DNA of 64,000 nt, taken from sequence record OZ035771.1. One strand, given 5' to 3'. The notes under the pieces were generated by a model. The model was not told where the DNA came from, did no database searches, and was given only the letters and a program-made list of their open reading frames with translations. This document shows, piece after piece, positions 1-9,186 of this stretch. The position numbers were made by a program, and so were the translations under genes. Each line of letters starts with the position of its first letter. Positions within the stretch are counted from its first letter, which is position 1. Origin of the DNA: Phapecoctavirus DIJ07P2.

Positions 1-29
1 GTTAAGATAAAGTTTAGGAGGATTTTATT

Positions 30-326
30 ATGCCTAAACTAAAACGTGGTCGTGGAAGACCAACAGCCGAAATGCAACAGATTTACGCAATGGATGCGGC
101 GCAAGCAAGTGTAAAAGAATTATTTGCAGAGCATTATTTAGAAGCTATGCGGTATATTGTTGAACTTGTTAATGATAAGGATGCAGCAAAACCTCTCCGC
201 TTCCAAGCAGCTAAAGCTATTAAAGAGCAAGTAGAAGAATGGTTAGAAGAACATTATGAAGCTATGGAAGAAGAAACCCCTGCCGTGCAGAATACAGATG
301 ACGTTCCTAAAAAGATCGTAATCTAA
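30..326 (+). CDS. small basic protein, possibly DNA-binding or small terminase subunit (positional guess)
   Basis: Intact ORF with AGGAGG RBS upstream; N-terminal KRGRGRP basic motif; sits upstream of the terminase block. Confidence 0.3.
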   Translation: MPKLKRGRGRPTAEMQQIYAMDAAQASVKELFAEHYLEAMRYIVELVNDKDAAKPLRFQAAKAIKEQVEEWLEEHYEAMEEETPAVQNTDDVPKKIVI

Positions 327-375
327 TCCCTCTCCTCTCTTGGGGCTTTGCCCCTCCTCCTTGTTATTTTTAACA

Positions 376-410
376 CCCCTCTCCGAAAGGTTAGGGGCTT
401 TTTTATTTTT
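376..410 (+). terminator. putative rho-independent terminator
   Basis: Imperfect GC stem (CCCCT...AGGGG with inner CC/GG pair and GAAA loop) followed by a T-run (CTTTTTTATTTTT). Confidence 0.4.
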
Positions 411-415
411 AATGC

Positions 416-445
416 TTGCAATTGTATATCCTTTTGTGATAAGAT
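416..445 (+). promoter_or_regulatory. sigma70-like promoter candidate
   Basis: TTGCAA, about 18 bp spacer, TG-a-TAAGAT extended -10-like element, upstream of small ORF at 467. Confidence 0.35.
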
Positions 446-466
446 CAGATATGAGGAGGATAAAAT

Positions 467-637
467 ATGCGCAATTTTGTAGTTAAAAATGATTTTAACC
501 GTTCTTCTTATCATAGAGATAAAAAGAATGATTACACACTGGCTTGGAACTTGGAGGAAGAACTTTATGATGACAGAGAAGACGTGGGAAGAGATCCTAG
601 CGGAGGCTCAACCAATGGAAGTGAAGAAGATAGTTAA
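467..637 (+). CDS. hypothetical small acidic protein (56 aa)
   Basis: ATG preceded by strong GAGGAGGA Shine-Dalgarno at 6 nt; preferred over the overlapping 489..704 ORF, which lacks an RBS. Confidence 0.3.
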   Translation: MRNFVVKNDFNRSSYHRDKKNDYTLAWNLEEELYDDREDVGRDPSGGSTNGSEEDS

Positions 638-687
638 TAATGCCCCTTCTCTTCCTAAAATAAAATTTTATGAGGAAGTAGAAGATA

Positions 688-1080
688 ATGAATCTAAAGA
701 CTAAAACTGTATTAGGTTTTGTTTTAATTGTTGTTCTTATTTTTGCCGGAATGTTTGCTTATAACAAGATACGTGAGTCTGGCTACAAAGATGGTGTTGC
801 CTATCAAACGCAATTATATCAAGCAGCCAAAGCAAAAGCAAAACAGGATTTTGATGTTCTTCAAAAAAAAGCCGATGAAGAAAGAGCATTATTAAATACC
901 CAAATAAACAACTTGTCTAAAAACAATGCACAATTAAAAGCAGATTTAGAGAAGAAGAAACAAACGATCAATGAGGATACAACGAATTATGCAAAAACTA
1001 ATTCTGGCAGTATGTCTTGCTTTGCCCCTAATGATGACGGGTTGTTCATCATCAACAAAAGTTTCCCCAGTTCTTATTGA
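688..1080 (+). CDS. i-spanin-like protein (Rz-like: N-terminal TM helix plus coiled coil)
   Basis: N-terminal hydrophobic helix VLGFVLIVVLIFAGMFAY followed by K/A/Q-rich coiled-coil region; partner lipoprotein gene overlaps its 3' end. Confidence 0.45.
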   Translation: MNLKTKTVLGFVLIVVLIFAGMFAYNKIRESGYKDGVAYQTQLYQAAKAKAKQDFDVLQKKADEERALLNTQINNLSKNNAQLKADLEKKKQTINEDTTNYAKTNSGSMSCFAPNDDGLFIINKSFPSSY

Positions 1081-1315
1081 TGAGTGTAAGGCTGTAGCCA
1101 TAGAAAAGGTTAAAGGTCCAGATTCAGACTTGATGGATAAAGTATCGACACCTGTGCCATACACTAAAAATCAAATTGCAAAAGGGGTCAGTAGATCTGA
1201 AGTTGTTAACAACCAAACTCAAAACAACGCTCTTTGGGAGCAAGATAGACGAAAGGTTTTAGGTTTACAAACATATATTAAAACACTGCAAGAAAAAGGT
1301 ATTATTGCTGAATAA
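971..1315 (+). CDS. o-spanin-like outer-membrane lipoprotein (Rz1-like); true start probably the internal Met near 989
   Basis: Signal peptide with lipobox LMMTGC; gene overlaps the 3' end of the i-spanin gene in another frame, the classic overlapped spanin layout. Confidence 0.45.
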   Translation: MRIQRIMQKLILAVCLALPLMMTGCSSSTKVSPVLIDECKAVAIEKVKGPDSDLMDKVSTPVPYTKNQIAKGVSRSEVVNNQTQNNALWEQDRRKVLGLQTYIKTLQEKGIIAE

Positions 1316-1324
1316 GGAGGAAAT

Positions 1325-3400
1325 GTGGCAAAGAAAAAGGCAGCAGGTAGTTTAGCTGGAGTAGATATTGAAGTAAAGGCTCAACCAGGTAAACAGACTC
1401 TTGCAATGGATTTAATGCCAGAAGTTATGATTTATGGTGGTGCCGCTGGATGTGTTTCTGCTGAAACGGAATATCTTACAAAAGATGGTTGGAGACAGAT
1501 TAGTGAATATTCGGGAGAGGATATTTACCAATACAATCCTAAGAATAAGCGTTTAGAATTGGTAACACCTTATTTTGTAGAATACGATTTAAATGGAGAT
1601 AACCTATACAGAATAACAAATGGTGTAGGATTGTTCCAAGAACTTAGTATGGAACACCGTTTTGTATTCTATAAGAAAAAGAAATCAAAGAAACATTTCG
1701 AGATTCTTGTAGGAGATCTTATTGCATTACAGCAAATAGGAAAACCCCTTCAAGGTTATGTAGAAAATCCGTTCGGTAAACGTGTTCCTTTTAACATACC
1801 TGGTAAAAAGAGCACTTACTTAAAAATACACGAGGTTATTTCAACAGATGATAAGAAATATTGTTTTGAGACTCCAAGCAGCTATATTGTCTTTAGACGT
1901 GGCGATCACTGCTTCGTTACTGGGAATAGCGGCAAGTCTCGTCTGCTATTGCTGAAAGCTTTAAAATACGCCTACAAAGATCCTTTGTTTGGTGGAATAC
2001 TTTTTCGTAAGAACACCACTGCTCACCGTAAACCAGGTGGTCTGTTTACAGAAGCAAAACGTTTGTATCTTCCTTTACAACCACACGTAAAAGAAAGTAC
2101 AATGGATATCATTTTTGAAGCCACTGGTGGTGGAACCCTCAAATTCGACCATTTGGAAAATGATAACGTAACAGCAGAAACAAACCATCAGGGTACACAG
2201 TATTCAATGGTAGGTTTTGACGAGTTAACCCACTTCACGCAATATGAAATGCTCTATCTTCTGGGACGTATGCGTTCAGAATCAGAAACAAGCTTCATGT
2301 TGTGCACATGTAACCCCGATGCAGATAGTTGGGTTTTGAATTGGGTGTTACCTTATCTTGATGAGGGTGGTTATCCTAGAGAAGATATGTGTGGTAAACA
2401 AAAATATTTCATCATTGTTAACGATGAACCTGTTTTTGCTGACACACCTGAAGAACTGAAAGAAAAATATCCAGAAAACTGTTTTATGGAAAACCCTAAT
2501 ACAGGGGAGACAGTTGTTATTGAACCACAAACTTTCGTATTTATTGGTGGGACAATATTTGATAACCCAGAACTGATTAGGCTTAACCCTAATTACTTAG
2601 CACAGCTTAAATCACAAACAGCAATTAAAAGAGCACAGCTTCTGGATGGTTGTTGGTTTGCACGTATTCAGAAAGAATCTTTCTTTCAACGTGAATGGTT
2701 ACATAAAATATCTTATAAAGATGTTCCTAACAATCTTAAACTAATGCGAGCCTGGGATAAAGCTGTTTCAGTTCCTACAGAAACTTATCGTTATCCAGAC
2801 TATACAACGTCTGTCAAAATGGGTAAAGATCAAGATGGTAATATCTACATCTTTGGTGACTATGACTATGACGCTGTGGATGAGAAAAGTAAAATTTTCG
2901 GAAGGTTTAGAAGACTACCTGGGGAAAGGGATAATCTGATTCTTAATCAATGTAAGATTGATGGACCAGAAGTTACAGTAGTGCTTCCTAAAGACCCATC
3001 TGGCGCTGGGACAATAGAATATACAGAGTCTGCAAAGAAACTTATTCTAGAAGGTTTTGTTGTTAAACCAGATGCTATGCCAGGTAACAAGAAAAAGCTT
3101 CAGCGTTTTATGCCTTTTAGTAGTGCGTGTCAAAATGGTTTTGTTTATATTGTTGAAGATTCTTTCCCTAATGTGGAAACTCTAACCCACTTTTATAAAG
3201 AATTGGAATCTTTCAATGGTGAAAGATCTACAGCCACTATTAAAGATGACATTCCCGATGCTGCTGCTTCTTGTTTCAATACTCTGTCAAAAGAGAATAC
3301 TTTCAAGGCAGTAGCTATCCCTGCAACAACAAATGCTCCTACAGGATACAGTAGAATGAACAGCGGATTTCACCAACCGTATAGTGTCCGTAAAAGATAA
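1325..3400 (+). CDS. terL: terminase large subunit, interrupted by a mini-intein in the Walker A P-loop
   Basis: GTG start after AAGGAGG; 691 aa; after removing aa 43-201 the sequence reads IYGGAAG-SGKSRLLL (GxxxxGKS P-loop); C-terminal nuclease-like region; precedes portal gene. Confidence 0.8.
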   Translation: MAKKKAAGSLAGVDIEVKAQPGKQTLAMDLMPEVMIYGGAAGCVSAETEYLTKDGWRQISEYSGEDIYQYNPKNKRLELVTPYFVEYDLNGDNLYRITNGVGLFQELSMEHRFVFYKKKKSKKHFEILVGDLIALQQIGKPLQGYVENPFGKRVPFNIPGKKSTYLKIHEVISTDDKKYCFETPSSYIVFRRGDHCFVTGNSGKSRLLLLKALKYAYKDPLFGGILFRKNTTAHRKPGGLFTEAKRLYLPLQPHVKESTMDIIFEATGGGTLKFDHLENDNVTAETNHQGTQYSMVGFDELTHFTQYEMLYLLGRMRSESETSFMLCTCNPDADSWVLNWVLPYLDEGGYPREDMCGKQKYFIIVNDEPVFADTPEELKEKYPENCFMENPNTGETVVIEPQTFVFIGGTIFDNPELIRLNPNYLAQLKSQTAIKRAQLLDGCWFARIQKESFFQREWLHKISYKDVPNNLKLMRAWDKAVSVPTETYRYPDYTTSVKMGKDQDGNIYIFGDYDYDAVDEKSKIFGRFRRLPGERDNLILNQCKIDGPEVTVVLPKDPSGAGTIEYTESAKKLILEGFVVKPDAMPGNKKKLQRFMPFSSACQNGFVYIVEDSFPNVETLTHFYKELESFNGERSTATIKDDIPDAAASCFNTLSKENTFKAVAIPATTNAPTGYSRMNSGFHQPYSVRKR
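1451..1927 (+). mobile_element. mini-intein (159 aa) inserted in the terminase Walker A motif
   Basis: Starts with Cys (CVSAETEYLTKDGWRQI, block A); block B-like SMEHRFVF; C-terminal YIVFRRGDHCFVTGN followed by +1 Ser; no recognisable homing endonuclease domain. Confidence 0.7.
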
Positions 3401-3403
3401 TTG

Positions 3404-3460
3404 TTGACAAAAGTCACTTTAAAGTGTATTATAACTAGATAGGTGAGGTTGTATATAATA
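3404..3460 (+). promoter_or_regulatory. strong sigma70-like promoter (TTGACA-17-TATTAT) plus second TATAAT-like element
   Basis: TTGACA at 3404-3409, 17 bp spacer ending in TG, TATTAT at 3427-3432; additional TATATAAT at about 3452-3459; upstream of portal gene. Confidence 0.5.
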
Positions 3461-3501
3461 CAGCCTTGCCTTAACGATTTTATACCTGACTGGAGGAACA
3501 A

Positions 3502-5067
3502 GTGTCAACAGGAAAAAGAACGTACACTAAAAAGTCAGAATACTGGGACAAAGGTGCTGCAAATAAAGCTGCTCTCTCTCCAACAAAAGAAGCAGAGAAA
3601 GAGAAAACGTTACTCCTGTCACCTGAAATAGGAACGATCGGATTAAACTCAATCCAAGCATTTACGAATTTCATGCAACCTTATGAGACTCGTTTCCCAG
3701 AATGTATTCGAACTTTTAAAGAGATGGGTGAAGACCCTGATGTAGCTACTGCTCTTGATGCTACGTATATCTTTGTAGATAGAGCATTCTTTGATTTTAA
3801 GATAAAATACAATGTAAGCTCGGCAAAGTCAAGAAAAGCTGCTAAGTTTATTGATTATATGTTACGTAATATGCAAGCCCCTCTACGTCAATATGTTAGA
3901 TCACTTTTGACATATAAGCAATATGGGTTTGCATTCGCAGAAAAAGTTTATGAGTTGGATGAAGATCCTAAGAGTCCTTACTTTGGGTATTGGCGATTAA
4001 CTAAGCTGGCTTTTAGACCACAAGATACTCTTCACATGGCTCAACCTTTTACATATTCGGCAGACGGACGTTCTATCTTGTCTGTTAACCAGAATATCAC
4101 CAATACAATGTTAGCCCCAGGGAATACAACTTTAGAAACTGGTATTAAAGAAATTCCTTTCAGTAAAGTTTTATTTGTTGGTAGCAACATTACAGAAAAT
4201 AACCCACTAGGAGTTAGTCCGCTTTTAGCTGTATATCGTAGCTGGCGTGAAAAATCTCTTATTCAGGAATTTGAGGTTATTGGGGTATCTAAAGATTTAG
4301 GCGGTATGCCAGTTCTTAAGGTTCCAAGTGACATTCTAAACAGGGCATCTTTAGATCCTGCTGGGGATGAAGCACAATCTCTTCGAGTTCTCCAAGCCAA
4401 CATCGCTAACCTGCACTCTGGTGAGCAAGCCTACATGGTATTGCCTTCAGACGTTTATGAAGGTACAGTGATGCGTCAATACGATCTTGTATTCCAAGGT
4501 GTTGATGGCACGGGTAAACAGTTTGACACTCAAGCACTAATCAAACAACGCAAACTGGATATTTATAACCGCTTTGGTGCGGGTGTGTTGATTATGGGTG
4601 ATGGTGATGCAGGAAGTTTTGCGCTTTCTGACAACAAACAAACACTATTGTCTCATTTTATTGAGCGAGATGTAGATATTGTTGTAGAAGCTATAAACTC
4701 TCAACTGATCCCTCAAACACTACGACTAAACAATATCTTCCTTTCTGATGAAGATATGCCTAAGTTTGTCAGTGGTGAAATGGGTGATCCTGATATTGAA
4801 GTAAATGCTAAAGCTATTCAGCAGTTGGTAGCCTCTGGTGCAATACCTTTAACCCCAGAAGTTATTAACGAGTTCCTTGAAAAAATTGGTTTCGAATATC
4901 GCATCCCTGACGATATTGTTGCCAATAAAGAGAAATTCTTTGAATTCATGGATAACTATATGCCTGACAAAACTTCACGATCAGGAGATGGTTTAGCTAC
5001 AGCAGGTACTGGAACATCTGATACTGTTTCTGCTTTAGATCCTTCAGCACAAAACCTGTCGAATTAA
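3502..5067 (+). CDS. portal protein (positional and size-based)
   Basis: 521 aa ORF immediately downstream of terminase large subunit and upstream of scaffold/capsid genes. Confidence 0.55.
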   Translation: MSTGKRTYTKKSEYWDKGAANKAALSPTKEAEKEKTLLLSPEIGTIGLNSIQAFTNFMQPYETRFPECIRTFKEMGEDPDVATALDATYIFVDRAFFDFKIKYNVSSAKSRKAAKFIDYMLRNMQAPLRQYVRSLLTYKQYGFAFAEKVYELDEDPKSPYFGYWRLTKLAFRPQDTLHMAQPFTYSADGRSILSVNQNITNTMLAPGNTTLETGIKEIPFSKVLFVGSNITENNPLGVSPLLAVYRSWREKSLIQEFEVIGVSKDLGGMPVLKVPSDILNRASLDPAGDEAQSLRVLQANIANLHSGEQAYMVLPSDVYEGTVMRQYDLVFQGVDGTGKQFDTQALIKQRKLDIYNRFGAGVLIMGDGDAGSFALSDNKQTLLSHFIERDVDIVVEAINSQLIPQTLRLNNIFLSDEDMPKFVSGEMGDPDIEVNAKAIQQLVASGAIPLTPEVINEFLEKIGFEYRIPDDIVANKEKFFEFMDNYMPDKTSRSGDGLATAGTGTSDTVSALDPSAQNLSN

Positions 5068-5095
5068 AAATATTTAATATTTTTTAATTTTTCTA

Positions 5096-5124
5096 TTGAC
5101 AAAACAACAAATATCCTGTAGACT
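5096..5124 (+). promoter_or_regulatory. sigma70-like promoter (TTGACA-17-TAGACT)
   Basis: TTGACA at 5096-5101, 17 bp spacer ending in TG, TAGACT; preceded by AT-rich palindromic tract. Confidence 0.45.
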
Positions 5125-5160
5125 AAGATTTATGGGATATCTGTTTTTAAGAGGTTTCAA

Positions 5161-5640
5161 ATGGAACTCAATAAAGATACACTGTGGGAACTCTTCAAAA
5201 CCTTCGCTGGTTTTAAAGAGAATTCTGAATCCCAACAAGATTCTATACCATCTCAAAAACCTGAAACTTTAGTCAAACAAAATAAATTTGATGAAGAAAA
5301 GATGCAGGTTATTGAGGTCTTGTATTGTCCACCTGAAGAAGACGATCTCCACGGAGAGCGCATGTCTGATTTGGAAATCAGGAAGATGGTTGACAACTTC
5401 AATGAGAATATTACCAACATTAGTGGTAATCTTGGTCACATGAAGAACACCGATAAATTTTCTCCAATTAAAGCTTGGGTAAATGAAGTCGATTGTTACA
5501 TTGGTGACGAACTCGTTGTGGAAGGAACTCCCCTCGTTAAAATCCAATTCAACGACCCTGAATTATATCAAGCTCGTAAAGACGGCGTTCTTAAAGGTTT
5601 GAGTATAGGCGCAATGGGCGTTAAAGTCAAGAAGGACTAA
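5161..5640 (+). CDS. hypothetical head-module protein
   Basis: 159 aa ORF between portal and scaffold-like genes; no motif recognised. Confidence 0.3.
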   Translation: MELNKDTLWELFKTFAGFKENSESQQDSIPSQKPETLVKQNKFDEEKMQVIEVLYCPPEEDDLHGERMSDLEIRKMVDNFNENITNISGNLGHMKNTDKFSPIKAWVNEVDCYIGDELVVEGTPLVKIQFNDPELYQARKDGVLKGLSIGAMGVKVKKD

Positions 5641-5642
5641 TC

Positions 5643-6758
5643 GTGGCAAATACATATTTAACTAACGTAGACTTTTCAGGAAAAGCTACGGAAGAGTCAC
5701 TAGGTGCTCATATTGCTTACACTTTTGATTTTCAAGGTGGAGCGGCATCTGGTTATAATACCCCCCTTTTATTTAAGTCAGACGGATCTCCAGACATAAC
5801 TTTTGAAAAGTTAGAAGCTCTCACTAAAATGGGAGAAGATGTTACAGAGTTACGTAAAAGCTATATTCAACAAGTGATGGATCGCATCTCTGAAAAAGTG
5901 CGTGAAAAATTTGAAGCTGGTTGGGATTGGGTTTACGTTATTGATGCTGACTTCGATGCGAACGTTGCAATTTTCTGTTCAGATAACGGTATGTTCTCTG
6001 TTGGCTTTAAAGTTGACGGACTGAATGTTGAAGTTGAAGAGGTTGCTAAACCTGTTGTTCGTGTTACTGATTATCAAGTTGTTGATGGTGATGTAATGAT
6101 CTCCATTGATTTCTTTGAGGACGTTTTAGACGATGCTTTGAGTAATCTCGTTAAGAGTTCCTTGAAACAAAGTCAAGTTAAAGATTATTTAGTGAAAGCT
6201 CACGCTAAAGCTAATACAAACTCTGTGGATGCAGAGGCTAACCCCGCAGGTGATAAATCTGCAAACACAACTGGAATCAATAAAGGAGAAACCCCTTTGG
6301 AAAATATCAACAAAGAAGAATTCCTGAAATCTGCTGAATTCCAAGAACTGATGAAAGCACAGATCGCTGAAGCTGTAGAAAAAGCAGCCGCAGATGCACG
6401 TGCAGCCGCAGAACTTGAAGCACAGGAAAAAATCGCTAAGGCAGAACAGGAAGCAGAAGAACTTCGTAAAGCTGAACAAGCTCGTATCGAAGAAGAATAT
6501 ACAACTGTTGTTAAATCCTATTCTTTCGTAGAAGAAGACAAAGTTGAAGCTCTCGTTAAATATCTGGTAGACAATAAAGATATCGCTGAAACTATCGTCA
6601 AAGCATTCGAAAAAGCACGTGCAGAAGTGGACGCAGTTAAGAAAGAATTTGGAGCAGAACGTGGTGTTGATGTGATCAATACTCAACCTGTAGCTAAATC
6701 TTCTTCTGAACTGATTAGTCAGAAAGCTGCTGAACTTAAAAAAGCCCAGAAACAATAA
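5643..6758 (+). CDS. scaffolding-like protein (possibly with N-terminal prohead-core domain)
   Basis: C-terminal half highly A/E/K-rich coiled coil (AEAVEKAAADARAAAELEAQEKIAKAEQEAEELRKAEQ); located between portal and capsid genes. Confidence 0.45.
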   Translation: MANTYLTNVDFSGKATEESLGAHIAYTFDFQGGAASGYNTPLLFKSDGSPDITFEKLEALTKMGEDVTELRKSYIQQVMDRISEKVREKFEAGWDWVYVIDADFDANVAIFCSDNGMFSVGFKVDGLNVEVEEVAKPVVRVTDYQVVDGDVMISIDFFEDVLDDALSNLVKSSLKQSQVKDYLVKAHAKANTNSVDAEANPAGDKSANTTGINKGETPLENINKEEFLKSAEFQELMKAQIAEAVEKAAADARAAAELEAQEKIAKAEQEAEELRKAEQARIEEEYTTVVKSYSFVEEDKVEALVKYLVDNKDIAETIVKAFEKARAEVDAVKKEFGAERGVDVINTQPVAKSSSELISQKAAELKKAQKQ

Positions 6759-6777
6759 TCTTAGGAGATTAAATTAA

Positions 6778-7176
6778 ATGGCTAAAGGAATTACTTTATC
6801 TAACTCTCGCCAGGAATTCGGACACCTGGTTCTGGGTGGAGTGTTTAGCTCTGACCTTGGACACTGTGTACGTGAAGTTAACCTGGTTAAAACAGCAACC
6901 ATGAAAATTGGTTCTATCCTGAAAGCTGACAACACTGAAGCTGCTAAAGCTGAAGCTGCCGATGCTGCTAAAGTTCTGATTTGGACTGATGCTCTGTTCG
7001 GTATTGACGATGTAGCAGTAGGTGACACTTTCACCGCAGTTGTTGGCGTACGTGATCTTACTCTGAACCGCTTTGCAGTATACTACAAAGATGGCTCCCT
7101 GGTAGATGACGCTGGCGTAGCAGCACTGGAAACACATGATCTGAAACTGACCGAAAAAGTCGTTTTCACTTCTTAA
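6778..7176 (+). CDS. head decoration protein (lambda gpD-like by position and size)
   Basis: 132 aa ORF immediately before major capsid gene; host-optimal codons (CTG, CGT, GGT); RBS context TAGGAGATTAA shared with the capsid gene. Confidence 0.4.
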   Translation: MAKGITLSNSRQEFGHLVLGGVFSSDLGHCVREVNLVKTATMKIGSILKADNTEAAKAEAADAAKVLIWTDALFGIDDVAVGDTFTAVVGVRDLTLNRFAVYYKDGSLVDDAGVAALETHDLKLTEKVVFTS

Positions 7177-7197
7177 TTTTAATAGGAGATTAATATA

Positions 7198-8199
7198 ATG
7201 CCAGCAGTAATTTTAGATCAGGTTGTAGATTTCAGCCCTATGATCGAACTTCAGGATTCCCCTGATACACTGATTGCCAGCCTGAATCTGTTCAGCGTTG
7301 ACTATCATTCAACTACCGCTATTGAAATCGGTAAAGAAAAAGCTGAAGATGCTCTGATCTCCGCTCGTGAGCGTGGTGGTGAGCGTAACTTCCTGACCAT
7401 GAAAAATCCAGAACTGAAAGCGTTCCGTATTCCGTTCTTCCCTCTGGATAAAAACATCAAAGCTCAAGATATTCAATCTTTCCGTAGCTTTGCAATGGCA
7501 GGAATCAACGACTCTCTGCGCACAGACGCTGAAGTTGTTAACCGCTATATGTCCCAGATTCTGCGTGACGTAGCAAAAACCAAAGAAAAAATCTTTGCAG
7601 AAGCAGTTATGGGTCGTGCCTATAACGGTGTAGGTGGTGCAGCTAACTCTGCATACAACTGGTATACCGAATGGGGTGCTACCCAGAAATCTGTTGCTGT
7701 AGACTTTGCTTCTACCACTGTTTCTCCAGCAGCCACTATCGAACAAGAAGCTCGTGCTTACATCATCGATACTAAACAAGATGGCTCTACCGCTACCCGT
7801 ATCGTAGCTCTGTGTTCTCGTGAATTTTTCGCATCTCTGGTTAACTCTCCATTTGTTCGCCAGGCGTATCAGTATTTCCAGGGAACTCCTAACCTTCTGC
7901 GTGACCGCCTTAGCGGTAACATGGATGTTCAGGTGTTCGAATGGAACGGTGTAACTTACATTGAAGATATCCACGGTAACATCCCTGCTGGTGAAGCATA
8001 TGTTCTGCCTATGGGTATCGAAGGTATGTTCCAGGCGCACTACGCTCCTGCGGATACTCCAGAACTGGCTAACACCCAGGCTCGTGAACTGTATACCTTC
8101 ATGATCAGCCAGCACCGCACCATTCAGCTTCAGTCTGAATTCTCGCTGCTCGCAGTTAACACTCGTCCAGAACTGGTAGTTAAACTGACTACGGCTTAA
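7198..8199 (+). CDS. major capsid protein (lambda gpE-like family)
   Basis: 333 aa; strongly host-optimal codon usage typical of abundant structural proteins; C-terminal VLPMG...ANTQARELY resembles E-family capsid proteins; followed by strong terminator. Confidence 0.7.
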   Translation: MPAVILDQVVDFSPMIELQDSPDTLIASLNLFSVDYHSTTAIEIGKEKAEDALISARERGGERNFLTMKNPELKAFRIPFFPLDKNIKAQDIQSFRSFAMAGINDSLRTDAEVVNRYMSQILRDVAKTKEKIFAEAVMGRAYNGVGGAANSAYNWYTEWGATQKSVAVDFASTTVSPAATIEQEARAYIIDTKQDGSTATRIVALCSREFFASLVNSPFVRQAYQYFQGTPNLLRDRLSGNMDVQVFEWNGVTYIEDIHGNIPAGEAYVLPMGIEGMFQAHYAPADTPELANTQARELYTFMISQHRTIQLQSEFSLLAVNTRPELVVKLTTA

Positions 8200-8220
8200 C
8201 AGAACTCTGTTAATATTAGA

Positions 8221-8250
8221 GGCTCGTCCGTGATGGGCGAGCCTTTTCTG
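8221..8250 (+). terminator. rho-independent terminator after capsid gene
   Basis: 9 bp GC-rich stem GGCTCGTCC/GGGCGAGCC with GTGA (GNRA) loop followed by CTTTTCTGTTT. Confidence 0.55.
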
Positions 8251-8283
8251 TTTACAACAAGAGTTTACAATGAGGAGATTGAT

Positions 8284-8628
8284 ATGTCAAACCCAGAATT
8301 GAAACGTTACTTTAGTTATCACGAAATGATTCGTGATTTCGAATCGCTTTCACCACTGATTGATGCTGATAAAACATTAGTATCTGCGCCACCAATGTCT
8401 TTCTATCTGAAAGATGGTCGTATTGCATTAGGTGGAAACTTCATTCACTTCCTCACGCGTTTGAGAGAAGAAACAGGTATTCTTGTGCATCCTTTTGCAA
8501 GTGAAGAACACATGGGTTACTATCTTGTAAGTTACGAAGATTATGCACCTGTAAAAATCAAAGAAGAAGTTTTAAAAGTAGAAGCGGTAGACACTCCAGC
8601 TAAAAAACGTTCCCTTCGTAAAAAATAA
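8284..8628 (+). CDS. hypothetical head-completion region protein
   Basis: ATG with GAGGAG RBS; the upstream GTG at 8230 given in the ORF track lies in the terminator hairpin loop and is unlikely to be the start. Confidence 0.35.
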   Translation: MSNPELKRYFSYHEMIRDFESLSPLIDADKTLVSAPPMSFYLKDGRIALGGNFIHFLTRLREETGILVHPFASEEHMGYYLVSYEDYAPVKIKEEVLKVEAVDTPAKKRSLRKK

Positions 8629-8637
8629 GGTGGGCTT

Positions 8638-9186
8638 ATGCTGAATGCGGTAGAGTTGGCACCACTGATCCGAATTCTTGTTTATAACCCTTCTCAAGAA
8701 GTATTGCCAGATGCAATGCTGATTCAGATCATCCAAACTTGGATTGATATTATAGGGAATGAAGATAAGGATAAGTGTGCAGTATTGTGGAACAGCTTGA
8801 TTTCTGTTTTAGAGTATCTATGGAACAACGATGTTCTTAACAACAGTACTCAAACAGGAGGAGCTATGTCCCGCAGAGAAAAGATGGGTGAAGTCGAAGT
8901 TGAAGTTAAATTTAACAACGGTCAAGTAACTTATAAGTCTCCGTGGGAAGATATCTATCATAACTATTTAAATGGTCTTATGGTCATTCCTGGATGCACG
9001 GCAGGACGAGGAGCAACCAGTAAAGTTCTTATTGGCGGTGTGGATGCTCGTGAAATTGATCGAGTAAACAGCGATCCTAACTCTGTAAATGGTCTTGGTA
9101 ATGTTGCAAGTGTTGATCGTAATACCCGCAACGTTAATTATTTGCGAAATTACGGACCTGTTTCTTTTTATCGTAGGGACAAATAA
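8638..9186 (+). CDS. hypothetical structural protein (head-tail connector region)
   Basis: 182 aa ORF, tightly packed in the structural operon. Confidence 0.3.
   Translation: MLNAVELAPLIRILVYNPSQEVLPDAMLIQIIQTWIDIIGNEDKDKCAVLWNSLISVLEYLWNNDVLNNSTQTGGAMSRREKMGEVEVEVKFNNGQVTYKSPWEDIYHNYLNGLMVIPGCTAGRGATSKVLIGGVDAREIDRVNSDPNSVNGLGNVASVDRNTRNVNYLRNYGPVSFYRRDK

Noticed and set aside
489-704. 71 aa ORF in the six-frame track
   Set aside because: Overlaps both the RBS-supported small ORF at 467..637 and the i-spanin start, and has no Shine-Dalgarno; likely spurious
6189-8115. Long minus-strand ORFs (6189..6755, 6796..7137, 7309..8115) inside the scaffold, decoration and capsid genes
   Set aside because: Antisense shadows of highly expressed, codon-biased structural genes; Cys/Phe-rich improbable translations
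8230-8283. GTG start for the 8230..8628 ORF
   Set aside because: The GTG lies in the loop of the capsid gene terminator hairpin; a downstream ATG with GAGGAG RBS at 8284 is a far better start
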